The notes below the pieces were generated by a model. It was not told the DNA's origin and did no database searches. It saw nothing but the letters and a program-made list of their open reading frames with translations. The translations under genes and the position numbers were made by a program. This document shows, one piece after another, positions 34,201 to 46,008 of a DNA stretch of 64,000 bases; the first letter of the stretch is position 1; each line of letters opens with the position of its first letter. This DNA comes from Squalus acanthias. Taxonomy: Eukaryota. The stretch is taken from positions 6,326,001 through 6,390,000 of the forward strand of contig JASTWF010000033.1 of the NCBI GenBank assembly GCA_030390025.1, written 5' to 3'.

Positions 34201-34873
34201 CCATCAACATCCTGGGGGTCACCATTGACCAGAATCTTAAATGGACCAGCCACTTAAATACTTTGGCAACAAGAGCAGGTCAAAGGCTAGGTATTCTGCG
34301 GCGAGTGTCTCACCTCCTGACTCCCCAAAGCCTTTCCAACATCTACAAGGCACATACAAGAGGTGTGATGGAATAGTCTCCACTTGTCTGGATGAGTGCA
34401 GCTCAAACAACACTGTAGAACCTGGACAACATCCAGGAAAAATCAGCCCGCTTGATTGGCTCCCCATCCACCACCTTAAACATTCACTCCCTGCACCACC
34501 GGCGTACCGTGGCTGCAGTGTGTACCATCTACAAGATTCACTGCAGCAACTCACCAAGGCTTCTTAGGAAGCACCTTTGAAACCCGCGAACTCTCCCACC
34601 TTGAAGGACAAGGGCAGCAGGGGCATGGGAACACCACCACCTCCAAGTTCCCCTCCAAGTCACACATCATTCTGACTTAGAAGAATATCGCCGATCCTTC
34701 AACGTCGCAGGGTCAAAATCCTGGAACCGCCTAGCTAACCCCCTACCCTTCACCAGACGGACTGCAGCGTTTCAAGAAGGCCGCTCACCACCATCTTCTC
34801 AAGGGCATTTAGGGATGGGCACTAAATGCTGGCATTGTCAGCGAAGCCCACATCTCGTAAACGAATAAAAAAA
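31259..34873 (+). mobile_element. Second LINE family (CR1/jockey-group RT) with A-rich 3' end, split at the FADD motif
   Basis: SNPTNYHPISPLSIISKMME, ALEIKAAFDRLWHQG, MFADD at ~32250 resuming CTVFSAIH at ~33990; ends AATAAAAAAAAA at ~34864-34875. Confidence 0.85.
32253..33988 (+). mobile_element. Internally deleted CR1 (endonuclease joined to RT C-half and tail) nested in a LINE
   Basis: NARSIRNK...ILDWVLCNE is fused at ~32925 to SEWQAVTGGV.QGS; (TTTCTATG)n tail at ~33960. Confidence 0.85.
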
Positions 34874-34875
34874 AA

Positions 34876-35372
34876 TTCTGGGCATCACCCCTTAAGAAGA
34901 TAGTATCAGGCTTAAAAAGTGAAGCGTAGATTTACCAGAGTGCTACACAGAGTCCAAGGGATAAATTACAATCGGAGATTACACAAACTACGGTTGTATT
35001 CCCTGGAATTTGGAAGCTTAAGTGGTGATTTGATTGAAGTATTCACGATATTAAGGGGAACTGATAGTGTCGATAGAGAGAGGCTAATTCCGATGATTGT
35101 CTAGTCGAGCACTCGGGGACATAGCCTCAACATTAGATCCAAGCCTTTCAGGAGTGAAGTTAGGAAAGACTTCTACATGGAATGAGTGGTCGAAATTTGT
35201 AACTTTCTTCCACAAACAATAGTTAAAGCTGGGTCAATTGTCAACTTTGATTGATAGATTTTTGTTAACCAAAGGACTTAAGGGATCTGGAGCAAAGAGA
35301 TGGAAACAGAGTTAGGTCACAGATCTAATTGAATGGCAGAAAGGCTCGAGCGGTTAAAAGGCCTACTCCTGT
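34876..35372 (+). mobile_element. Degenerate CR1 3' fragment
   Basis: KRRFTRV...LYSLEFGSLSGDLIEVF; decayed tail GGCCTACTCCTGTT. Confidence 0.75.
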
Positions 35373-35427
35373 TACTATTCTCATTGTTAAAGGATCAGAG
35401 CACGAATGTACAGATGATTACCGCGAT

Positions 35428-35499
35428 TTAAAAGCAGCGCTTGGAACCCTGAACCCTCAGATTAAAAGTCTGATGCTCTACCGACTCAGCTACCCGTGC
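35428..35499 (-). pseudogene. tRNA-Lys(UUU) pseudogene
   Basis: Minus strand GCACGGGTAGCTGAGTCGGTAGAGCATCAGACTTTTAATCTGAGGGTTCAGGGTTC matches vertebrate tRNA-Lys; 3' end decayed. Confidence 0.85.
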
Positions 35500-36609
35500 T
35501 TTTGTTGGCTAAAGCGCAGAAAAGGACCTTCATTTGATACCGTGCTTCATTGCAGCCTCGGCAAATTACATTTCTTGTCCAGTAATCCAGCCTGTGCAGC
35601 GCATTTCTCTCACAAATCCAGACTGACTGCCTCAAACCGGCTTCAATTCAGAAATATTCTCCCTCCCACAAACGACATGCTCTTTAGCAGCAGCGTCAGA
35701 TGTGACAAGTGCCGTCCCCCAGATATCCGTATTGGATCTTCAACTTTTAACCGTATTTATAATTGACTTGGATGGGACAATAGAGCGCTGTAGATCCAAG
35801 TTTGAAGATTGCACTAAGTTAGGAGGCGCGGTAGTCGTGCAAATGGGTACGTGGAGGCAACCAAAGGGGCAGAGACTGTTGAAGTAAGCGGGCAAACAAT
35901 GGCAAATCGAGTTCAGTGTGCGCAAGTGTGACATCATCCACTTTGGAACAAAGTAAGAGAGTTCGGAGTATTTTCTAAATGCACGCATACACACACTTTT
36001 AGAGATGTCCAGAAGTGCTTCACAGAGGTTTAGTCAAAACGTGGATGCCAAACCCTAAAAAGGAGCTATTAATGTTCCCAAAAGACTGCTCAAAGATCTC
36101 GGTTTATGGAGCGTCTGAAAGGAAGCGACGGAGAGGTCCAGCTGGAGGGCTTTAGGCAGGGAATTCCAGAGCATGACGCCTACACTAATATTGTATCATT
36201 TTCTCATGTGCTTGTTATCGGGCCGCAGTGTACCACCAAATTTACATTAACAGATATGAAGTTATTAGATGCGGGTAAATTACCATTAAAATGGACCAAC
36301 ATGTTCTGAATTGTTACCCGAATCCCAGCCACAAAGTAAATGTAGCCTCACACGTTGCAGTTCTATATATGTATACATGGAATCAATTCCCATTAGTTCA
36401 TTTTAATGGAGGAACATGATCCATCTACAATGTTTTTAAAATCAATTTAATTGAAATGAGTACTCGTGAAAGTGTTTGAGTGGGAATGCACTGGATAACA
36501 GCGCAGCTGCCAATGGTTGCGGAATAATTTTGTGCACAAAAAGCGCACATTGACAACCTGGAACTGTTTGGAACTGAATCCTTAAGGGAAATAAAACAGT
36601 TCAAGGTTC

Positions 36610-36677
36610 TGTCCATGGGTGGGTTTCAATCGCCAACTTTTACGGTTAAAGACGCTATCCTGGTGCGCTGCAGAGAC
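36610..36677 (-). pseudogene. Highly degenerate tRNA-Asn pseudogene
   Basis: Minus GTCTCTGCAGCGCA...TTAACCG...CCCACCCATGGAC; flanks paralogous to the Asn copy at 53829. Confidence 0.7.
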
Positions 36678-36944
36678 TAGTACCAGTTGATATAAGACGT
36701 CCTGAACCAGAGTGTCAGTGAATTAAAGCTTCAGAATGCTCGGATCAGGATGGAACTTGTCCACTATCAGTTTGACTGTTAAAATAAAGGGTGGGATATT
36801 GATTGTAGATAATTGGCAGCAGGCTGGTCCCGCACACAGCAGACACATCCATGTCACCGCCAACCAGCTCTCCCGCAACTGGCGCGGTCTCACTTCCAGC
36901 CTTGTCTGTGACGAAGTATTCTGATTGTCTCGAAGCCGGTATTA

Positions 36945-38575
36945 GGTTTAAGCCCTGTTTTCTCCCCTTCTCCAGTCTCTTCCCACCTACATCCGCGACT
37001 CTTCCGACGCGCTACGCCACTTTAACAGTTTCCAGTTTCCTGGCCCCAACTGCCTCCTTTTCACTATGGACGTTCAATCCCTCTACACCTCCATCCCCCA
37101 CCAGGATGGCCTGAGGGGGCTCCGCTTCTTCCTTGAACAGAGGCCCAACCAGTCCCCATCCACCAACACCCTTCTCCGCCTGGCAGAACTTGTTCTCACA
37201 TTGAACAACTTCTCCTTTGACTCTACTCACTTCTTCCAAATCAAAGGTGTTGCTATGGGAACCCGCATGGGTCCAGCTATGCCTGCCTTTTCGTGGGATA
37301 TGTGGAACATTATTTGTTCCAGTCCTACTCAAGTCCCCTCCCTCACCTCTTTTTCCGGTACATTGATGACTGTATTGGTGCCGTTTCCTGCTCTCGCCCT
37401 GAACTTTCATTCACTTTGCTTCCAATTTCCACCATTCCCTCACCTTCACATGGTCAATCTCAGACTCTTCCCTTCCCTTCCTAGACTTCTTCGTCTCCAT
37501 CTCTGTGGATAGGTTATTGACAAACATTCACTACAAGCCCACTCAATCCCACAGCTACCTGGACTACACTTCCTCCCACCCCGCCTCCTGTACGGACTCT
37601 ATTCCCTTCTCCCAGTTTCTCCGTCTCCACCGCATCGGCTCTGACGTTGCCACCTTCCATACCAGTGCTTCCCCAATCTAGGATTCCCCTCTACTGTGGT
37701 TGACATGACCTTTGACCGTGTCCGTTCTATCTCCCTCACTTCTGCCCTCACCACTGCCCCTCCCTCCCTGAACCACGATAGGGTTCCCCTTGTCCTCACC
37801 TTTCACGCCACCAGCCTCCACATTCAACGGATCACCCTCCGCCATTTCCGCCACCTCCAGTGTTATCCCACTACCAAACACATCTTCCCATCACCTCCCC
37901 TTTCAGCATTCCGTAGTGACCACTCCCTCCGCGACACCCTAAACCAATCCTCTACCAATGCCAGCACCCCTTCCCCTTCGACCGGCACCTTCCCGTGCAA
38001 GCGCAGGAGATGCAGCACATGCCCTTATACCTCCCCCCTTCCCACTGTCCAGGGCCCCAAACACCCCTTCCAGGTGAAACAGCGATTTACTTGTACTTCC
38101 TGCAATTTAGTATACTGTTTTCGCTGCTCACGATGTGCTCTCCTCTCTTTGGGGAGATCAAACGCAGATTGGGTGACCACTTTGCGGAACATCTCCGTTC
38201 AGTCCGTAAGGGGGACCCCAAGCTCCCAGTCGCCTGTCACTTTCATTCTTCGCACCACTCCCACTCAGACCTCACCGTCCTCGGCCTCTTGCATTGTTCA
38301 ACTGAAGCTCAGTGCATGCTCGAGGAACAGCACCTCATCTTTCGATTAGGCACTTTACAGCCACCTGGACTCAAATAGAGTTCAACAATTTCAGATCATA
38401 ACCTCGGCCCCTATCATATATATATTTTTCATCCACACGCTGTGTCTGTGTGTTTTTTTCTTCTCTCCCACATGGCAGCTGTCTTTCATTCTGCCAGCGC
38501 AATTCACACTTCATCTAGAGCAATCCTTTGTTTCTTAACCTTTCCCATTACCATCTCCTTTTGCCTTGAATATCT
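36945..38575 (+). mobile_element. Penelope-like element (RT + GIY-YIG), 5'-truncated and frameshifted
   Basis: MDVQSLYTSIPH, QIKGVAMGTRMGP, FFRYIDD, CKRRRCSTC, NLVYCFRCSRC, GEIKRRLGDHFAEH. Confidence 0.92.
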
Positions 38576-38611
38576 TTTAATGTCCCCTCTGCTGTCTCTG
38601 TAATGTCAGCG

Positions 38612-38684
38612 GGTTCCGTAGTGTATTGGTTATCACGTTCGATTTACACGCGAAACATCTTCGGTTTGATCCCGGGTGGATTCA
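38612..38684 (+). pseudogene. tRNA-Val pseudogene (anticodon position reads TAC)
   Basis: GGTTCCGTAGTGTATTGGTTATCACGTTCGATTTACACGCGAAA...CCCGGGTGGATTCA; B box mutated. Confidence 0.8.
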
Positions 38685-39169
38685 TTATGTTTCAACATGC
38701 TGTGGATTAACATCGAGAGGCGAATTTATTCTCCTGTCAAAATGGCTGCAGTGACTGGTCCCTTATTATTTAACTGCTCTTTATTTCACTTCATTCATAG
38801 ATAAACTTTGAGTGAGAGGAGACTGATTCACAATGACGCACATTACATCTTTTGTTCCCTTGGGAAACTCCGACTCCTTCCCGAGTAAAGTTCAGAAATG
38901 TGTTCCTTAATCTGCATGGTGGCCGTCAGTAAGAAGCCTTTTCTGTCTGGATCCGGGATTGGAGCTGGTTTCAGGCTGAAGATTGCCGACTCAGTCGATA
39001 GAATTGTGTTGGGTAAGGGTATTAAGGGCTGGGGAACCTAAGCGGGTAGATGGAGTTAAGATACAGATCAGCCATGATCTAACTGAATGGCGTACAGGCT
39101 CCTGGGGCTGAATGGACTCCTCCTGTTCCTATTGAGTCGCTGCAATACAATGCACCCCAGTGCTGGAGG

Positions 39170-39243
39170 GTTTCCGGTGTGTCGTGGTTATCGCTAGTCC
39201 ACTAACACACGAAATCTCAACGGTTCGATAGTGGGTAAAGACA
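39170..39243 (+). pseudogene. Degenerate tRNA-Val(AAC)-like pseudogene
   Basis: GTTTCC...GTGGTTATC...CTAACAC.CGAAA...CGGTTCGA. Confidence 0.6.
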
Positions 39244-39636
39244 ATCTGATGCCTTTTCTCCATTCTAGTTTAATAAATATGAAAACTGCAATAATTTACA
39301 TGTTTGGTTAAGTATAAATAAAATACGCATTGACAGGCGGATTATGCCATTCAAATGGCAAAGCTACAGTGAGTGAAATAATTCTCAATGATATTTCCCA
39401 TATAGGACACAGTTTTGGTTGTGGACTATGAGTTCTTTATCGGAAAAGTTAGCGAGGATTTAGGGAATCTCGCCCTCGCGTGTCGCTACTGAAGAGGTGG
39501 ACTTATTTTAGGTAAAAAATGAGGCTCGGAACCTTCTCATTGAGAATTTGGGATCAGAACAACACAGATTTATAGGAAAACACAGGGTCAGCGACAGGAT
39601 TCGAATTACAATTGGAATCGGTCTGGGTGTCCTTTT

Positions 39637-39722
39637 AGAGAGTTGGTCGAGGGACGTGATTCTCGTTTCGGGAATGTTGGTTGAATTTTACGAGGTGCCG
39701 TGTTCAAATCCCGGACAAGCCC
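39637..39722 (+). pseudogene. tRNA-Pro(CGG) pseudogene with a 16-nt insertion at position 37/38
   Basis: GTTGGTC.AGGG...TGATTCTCGTTTCGGG[16 nt]TACGAG...GTTCAAATCCCGGACAAGCCC followed by TTTT. Confidence 0.75.
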
Positions 39723-40549
39723 GAGTTTTGAACTTGCAGTTGAAATTTATAACAAGAAAGATTTGCCTTTCTACAGCGCCTTGTACCCACTCACGATGTC
39801 ACAAAGTGCTTTACAGCCATTGAAGTACCTTTGAAATGCTGTAATGTGGGGAAAGATGTGTCCAATTCATCTCACACCAATCTCAACTCTTCGGGCAAGA
39901 GTTCGGTGCAAATAATCAGGCGCCTCAATGATGTGGACTTTCTTTGAATGAGCTCTGCTTGTAACTGCCCTCGACCTTGACACAGCACCTGGGCTTCCAT
40001 CTCACGGGAGCACAGTGTGGTCGCTGTGTAGCGGTTCGCGAGTAGGTGAAGAGGTTGGGGTTCAGAATCGTCGCTTTCAATCTTTGAAATTTCACCAAGG
40101 GCCAGAGGAAAGAAACGTGAATGGAACTGTCCCTGTGAGCGATGGATTGAAGGGAACGTCGCTCCAAGCACAGCTGGAAAACGGGCAGTGCAGTGATAGA
40201 GTTCGCAACATTAAATGACAGAGTTAATAATCATACAATAATTACACATACACTTAACACCAGGATTTACGACAAAACCCTGCGAGTTTTAGCCGGAGAA
40301 CTCTAACATGTTATAGTTCCGAGCTCCATATGGAGGTGGGATTTCGAAATCTCGCCTCCAAAAGAGCGGGCACTCGTACGATGGGCCGAACGGTTTGCTC
40401 CGCATACACAGAACGCATGCGCAGGATAACCGGAAAACTATTTATTCTCGACCCGAAAACTTCTCTCAACATTTTCGGTGGACAAGAATGAGCGAAACTT
40501 TCTTTGGGCCTCTGGGGAAATTCAGGCACATTGAAGGCCTGTCACATGG

Positions 40550-40631
40550 GTGAGGGTGGCCGAGAGGTTTCATGTGCGCGCTTCGATCGCAATATTCTCT
40601 GATGGCCTGGCTTCGAAAATCATTTCTGACA
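40550..40631 (+). pseudogene. Degenerate tRNA-Leu-like pseudogene
   Basis: GT.AGG.TGGCCGAG.GGT...TCGCA...TTCGAA...TTCTGACA; downstream flank paralogous to 54823-54890. Confidence 0.6.
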
Positions 40632-40739
40632 TACAGTTCTTCTCACTTTTACGAGCAATTATATCTTGTGGAATTAGCAGAAGCTGATTTTTCAGCCCAG
40701 TTCATTCGTTCCTGTCATAAAACTCACCCCACCTCCATC

Positions 40740-42590
40740 CACCGCATGTTGTGACGTCATTCAGCTCATCCCAAAACCAAGCTTTCAACAAAAATTAACA
40801 GATCCTGAAACAAACGGTCATTCAACATCTGTGCACACTTGACTATTCCAAAGTTCTCCTGACCGATATTTCATCCTCCGCCCTCCATTAACATCATCCC
40901 AGCCAAAAGTCTACTGCCGGTGTCGGGAGCGGAGAGATCAGCAGCACAGTGAGTATTTAACTCACTTTCGCGGGATTGTTTTCAGAGGCTTACCAATCTC
41001 ATAGACCGGCGCCGGCGTTCCAGAGCCAGGTTACAATTCAAAAAGTGACGCAACAAGAGGAAGCAGCTGATTGGGTGAGTACGACCAGGTGAGTATTTAT
41101 ACAACTCTCTCGTTTGACAGTTAAGTTTAATAGTTTATCAAGTATAGAAGGCCCTAATTTCTGTGGTTGTAGTTTCTAAGGTCTTTGTTGTGTAGCAGGG
41201 TGTGCCAGTATACAATGGCCCTTCAGTATATCATTTAATTTTAGTGTAATTTGTGGTATTGATTTGAGTTAATTTAAATTAATTAAAGGATAAGTCATGG
41301 CAGCACAGTTCAGCCCCGTGGCATGCTCCTCCTGCACTATGTGGAAAATCGGGGACACTTCCTGTGTCCCTGTTGACCATTAGTGCGGGAAGTGTATTCG
41401 GCTGCAGCTACTGGCAGACCGCATTGCGGCGCTGGAGCTGTGAATGGATGCATACCGGAACATTCGCGATGCTGAAGATATCGTGGACAGCAAGTTTATG
41501 GAGTTGGTCACACCGCAGGTAAAGGCTGCCCAGGCAGGAAGGGAATGGGTGACCACCAGGCAGAGTAGTCGGCGCACGCAGGTAGTGCAGGGGTCCCCTG
41601 TGGACATCCCCCTCTGAAACAGTTATACCACTTTGGATATTGTTGAGGTAGATGGCTTATCCTGACACCATGGGTGTTTCTGCTGCACAGGACGGGAGGA
41701 AAAAGAGAGGGAGATCTATAGTGTAAGGGGATCCTATTGTAAGGGGAATAGATAGGCATTTCTGGGGCCGCAAAAGAGACTCCAGGATGGTATGTTACCT
41801 CCCTGGTGCAAGGGTCAAGGATGTCTCGGAGTGGCTGCAGGGCATTCTGGAGGGTGAGGGAGAACAGACACTTGTCGTGGTGCATATAGGTACCAACGAT
41901 ATCGGTAAAGAACGGGATGATGTCCTAAAAGCTGAATATAGGGAGTTAGGAGGTAAATTAAAAAATAGGACCTCAAAGGTAATAATCTCAGGATTGCTAC
42001 CGGTGTCACATGCTAGTCAGGGTAGAAATAGAAGGATATTTCAGATGAATACGTGGCGAGAGGAATGGTGCAAGGGGGAGGGATTCAAATTCCTGGGACA
42101 TTGGAACCGGTTCTTGGGGAGGTGGGACCTTACAAACCGAGCAGTCTACACCTGGGCAGGACCGGGACCGATGTCCTCGGGGGAGTGTTTGCGAGTGCTG
42201 TTAGGGAGGGTTTAAACTAAAATAGCAGGGGGTTGGGAACATGTGCAGGGAAACAGAGGAAAAGGAAGCAAGGATAGAAGCAAAAGACAGGAAGGAGTAA
42301 CGCAAAAGTGGAAGGTCAGCCATGATCTCATTAAATGGCGGAGCAGGCTCAACGGGCCGAATGGCCTACTCCCGCTCCTATCTTCTATGCTTCTATCCCG
42401 CACCAAGAGCCGCTCACACATCTCCTGAATGCACTAACCTACAATGACAGGCTGGCCTCTCAATGCCCCAAAATTCAAATTCACATCCTGGGATTTAAAT
42501 CTTTTCATGATATCCTCCCTCCCAATATCTTTTACCTTCACCAGCGCTACAATACCCCACCCACGCTCTCAGTTACTAGCTAGCTGAGGG
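40740..42590 (+). mobile_element. Very old L2-like RT fragment split by a CR1 derivative
   Basis: Decayed LDYS..LL-type motif before 40920; RTKSRSHI-type motif resumes at ~42397. Confidence 0.5.
40920..42395 (+). mobile_element. CR1 derivative: 5'UTR + ORF1 joined directly to the 3' tail (no ORF2)
   Basis: ATG at ~41297 with CSSC..CGKC zinc finger; esterase CYLPGARVKDV, HIGTNDIG; junction at ~42315 to CAGCCATGATCTCATT...GGCCTACTCC tail. Confidence 0.8.
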
Positions 42591-42591
42591 A

Positions 42592-43230
42592 AGCTAGGGT
42601 GCAGATAGCAGAGGCTCTGACCACAATCTTTGACTCCTCCTTGGATCGAAGTGTGGATTGCTGCCAGATTGCAAATGTTACACACTAATTCATAAAATGG
42701 GCGAGGGATAAGCCTTAAACCACAGGACAATCATTCTGATGTCAGCGGTGGGAAAACTATTCGAGTCCATTGTCAAGTTTTGCATCTGTTGCACACTTCG
42801 AAATTCTACTCCCTAAGGCCAAGTCCAGAAAACGTATACTTAACAAGTAAAGTAATGATCCTAATAAATTGTCAAATTAATTCTCACTTGGAGAAGCATA
42901 CCGGACAGCCAGCATGGATTTGTTAAAGGGAAATCGTGCCTGACCTATCTGATTGAGTTCTTTGAAGACCTAACATAAAGTGTTGATGACGGGGTGGGGG
43001 AGTGGATGTTAAATCTATGGACATTCAAAAGGCACTTGATTAAAATACCACGAACAGACTTACTCGGAGAATAGAAGTACATTGATGAAAGGCACGGTGG
43101 TAACTTGGGTTTGTAATTGGCTAAGGGATAGAAGGCAGATGTAGTGCTGAACGGATGTTTTTCTGACTGGAGAGATGTGGGCTCCCTCAAGGGTTGCTAT
43201 TAGTATTTAGGACCATTGCTTTCCTTGTCA
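42592..43230 (+). mobile_element. Degenerate CR1 RT fragment
   Basis: QHGFVKGKSCLTYLIEFFE at ~42910-42965. Confidence 0.7.
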
Positions 43231-43789
43231 CTTTTGCTAACATATCTTAATAGCTCCCTCTTTGGATTTGGCTTTCATATTTTTGATTCCACCTCTATTG
43301 GGAGATCCCCTGGAACTGCAGAGCGGGGCATGGTTTATCAAGCTGTGTGGAACACTTCACAGAATATGTGTGTTCGTGTCTGCTTGTTGCATTAAGTAAA
43401 TGAGGACATAGGCGATTCTCTGCCTGACACTGGGGAACTAGTGAGACAGACTTTAGGGCAAGGTTCTGGTTATTGTGAAAAGACAAAACAAACATGGGCT
43501 TTGAAATTGCAATCGGAGGCTTGCCGCCCGTATACGCCTCCGAACCGCAAGAAAACTACGTACGTACCTTGTGTCTCCGGAGCTTTGGACTATAAAGGTC
43601 CTGAATCCCCATAAGCATCAAGGAATCCCCCTTTTTCATTGGTTGGCCTGGCCCACGTGATCCCAGGGACGCTTCCAAACCGGGACTTGTGGGCCTTTAC
43701 GCAGGCGGACGCCTGCAGTCCCAGGACCGGTAGAGTCCGAAGTTCCGGAGGCACCGGTTCACTTCTTATTTTTTTGGTTTCGGAGGCAT

Positions 43790-43933
43790 AAGACTTGCAT
43801 TTCTACAGCAGCTTTCCCCACCACTGGACATCTCAAAGCGGTTTACAGCCAATGAAGTACTTTTTGAAGTGGAGTCACTGTTGTAATGTAGGAAAAGCGG
43901 CAGCCAATTTTTGCACAGCAAGCTCCCACAAAC
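43790..43933 (-). mobile_element. DeuSINE (SacSINE1/AmnSINE1-like), 3' part; target of the LTR element
   Basis: CAAAGCG.TTTACAGCCAATGAAGTACTTTTTGAAGTG.AGTCACTGTTGTAATGTAGGAAA...GCAAGCTCCCACAAAC continues at 53256 as AAACAGCAATGTGA. Confidence 0.8.
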
Positions 43934-45584
43934 TGTAAGGGATACTCTCCTGACCCTGCGTGTCTCGTGGCCTGTGAGGTTCACGCGGCTCTGTGCAGCC
44001 TGTATGTCAGTGCGGGTCTAGGCCTGGTCTCCAGCCAGTCTGGGAACACTAGACACCCCTGTGAGTGGTTCGAATCACTCTCCCTTACGGTTCTAGACAC
44101 TGGACTTAGATGCGAGAGCAGTAATGGAGATAAAACTCATGTAGACTTGGTTTGAACGGTACGAAATGGAAAATCTTTATTGCATGATACTTAAAATTAT
44201 GAAATACATGTCATATGCACAGATTAATGACAGTACAATCTTACAAACAGTTATAATCACTCTTAGGGAAACGAGGAACGACCAGCACAACGTAAATAGG
44301 GCACACATTACAAATATCCTTAATCTTTAAACCCTCCCCTATCAATAACTATCCTAAAACTAGCTTCGTAGGATCCCGAGACTCATGCTCACCACTCGTA
44401 ATAACTCGGAGAAATCCCGAATAGCTGATCGGATGTTTTCCACCGCAGCACCCACGTGTTGGTCAGGAGATCTCCTGGTCCCACTTGTTTACTGCTTCTG
44501 CTGCTCGGTCAGTCGGCTGGACCGTCCGCTGTAGTGAAGACCTCTGTTGGTGGACTTTACAGTTTAGTCGAGGAGCACCGTTGTCAATATCACTGATACG
44601 ATGTGTTTGCACAGTCCAGTTATCGTCGATGCAATATGTCTTGTTAAAGAAGAAAACTTCCTGTCGAGAAGACTTGGCTGATCGACCTACAGGCGCGGTC
44701 GGGATTTACTGACCGTGGCGATGGATAAGGTCTTCTTCTCTTCTCCTCTCATCTCATCTCATCTCATCTCATCTCATCCCGGGCCTTCGGTTCCGCTGCC
44801 AGCTACCAACATAGGTCTTTGCAACAGTCTTTTACCCAGGAGCAGCCACGAGGTTACGAATCGACCGGATAAAACACAGGAGCAGCCACGATGATAACAG
44901 CAGCAAGTCAAGAACACGAGGCAAGAGCAAGAGCAAGAGGCCAGAGCAAGAATCAAGAGAGCGAATGGACGGTTTGGGCCTGCAATTATAGTGCACAGTT
45001 CTTCCGTTTCCCGCCCAACTACAATGTCCATTCTTTTGTTTAAGGTTTGGCGCCCAAAAATGTCCTGTATGGGTGATCTCTGTCCTTAATGGGTTTCGGG
45101 GCTACTCCTGAATGTTTGAGTACCTGTTAATATTTCTCCCATTGTTAAATCGGTCGGTATTCCCCCCTGGAGGGGTTTGGGGCTTCCAAGTGTCCTGTAT
45201 AACTACCTGCTAACGGCTCTCTCATCGTAGAGCCGTTGGGAGTTTACATATTAATGTCCTTTGGATGGGCCCTTGATGGCTTTCCTTTGTACCTGGGAGA
45301 CCGATCCCAGTATCGATGTTTATACTGTAAACCCATAATGTCCTGTGTATTGTCTTCACTGTGCTGAATCGTTATCGATCCTGCAAAAGAATGTTTATTG
45401 GAACGCCATCTTGTCTGCCTGCCGAAAAGTCTCGAATGTTCTGTCACGCGGTGCGGCGGCCATTTTACAGGCTGCTTGTGTCCAATTTAAACCTGACAGC
45501 ATTCCGCTGAAATAAAAGCTGTTTTGAACGAAACTTGTGTTTTCTCCTTATTAAAATGAAATCGCGATAATTGCGAATTCTACA
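43934..45584 (-). repeat. 3' LTR
   Basis: Direct repeat of 51605..53255; AATAAA at 44176-44181 (minus); TATAA at 44986-44990 (minus); internal (TCTCA)n tract at ~44747-44778. Confidence 0.97.
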
Positions 45585-45597
45585 GTCCCTCCTGTTG
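45585..45597 (-). promoter_or_regulatory. Polypurine tract
   Basis: Minus strand CAACAGGAGGGAC immediately precedes TGTA of the 3' LTR. Confidence 0.65.
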
Positions 45598-46008
45598 ATG
45601 CGAATAACTCCGCTTATCGTATCAAAAATCTCAGTGGTGAGCAATCTTATCTCGATTTCACTCCGAATCCAGTAAATTAATCCCATAAATTTTAACTTAA
45701 CTAGGGTCTCTGTGTCGTCCTTATTTCCCAAGAAAATCACATTTTATATCACCATAGGCATCATTTGCCCTTAAACTTACACCACTTGTCTTCCTTCCCG
45801 GCGTAACCAGGCCGATACCTCACGCATCACCTGTATATTTATCTTTTATTCAGGGAAAGGAAAAACAAAACCCAAAAAACCAAACAATCAACACCATCAC
45901 CAAAATAAACAAATCCCAACTCTTAAACATGTCGAGTTTCCAACGTATTTACACTGAGTACAAACTTCCGCGGCGCACGTGGCGAGCGGGAGTGACGCCA
46001 TTTTCCTA

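Noticed and set aside
43345..43375. Similarity to the U6 snRNA 3' end (minus strand)
   Set aside because: Only ~25 nt with several mismatches; the rest of U6 is absent.
44060..44085. tRNA or Pol III B box (GGTTCGAATC) inside the LTR
   Set aside because: No cloverleaf or A box; the solo LTR keeps the hairpin but not the exact motif.
43967..45447. Small ORFs duplicated at +7,671 bp
   Set aside because: They are identical only because they lie in the LTRs; no support as accessory genes, and no equivalent ORFs noticed in the solo LTR.
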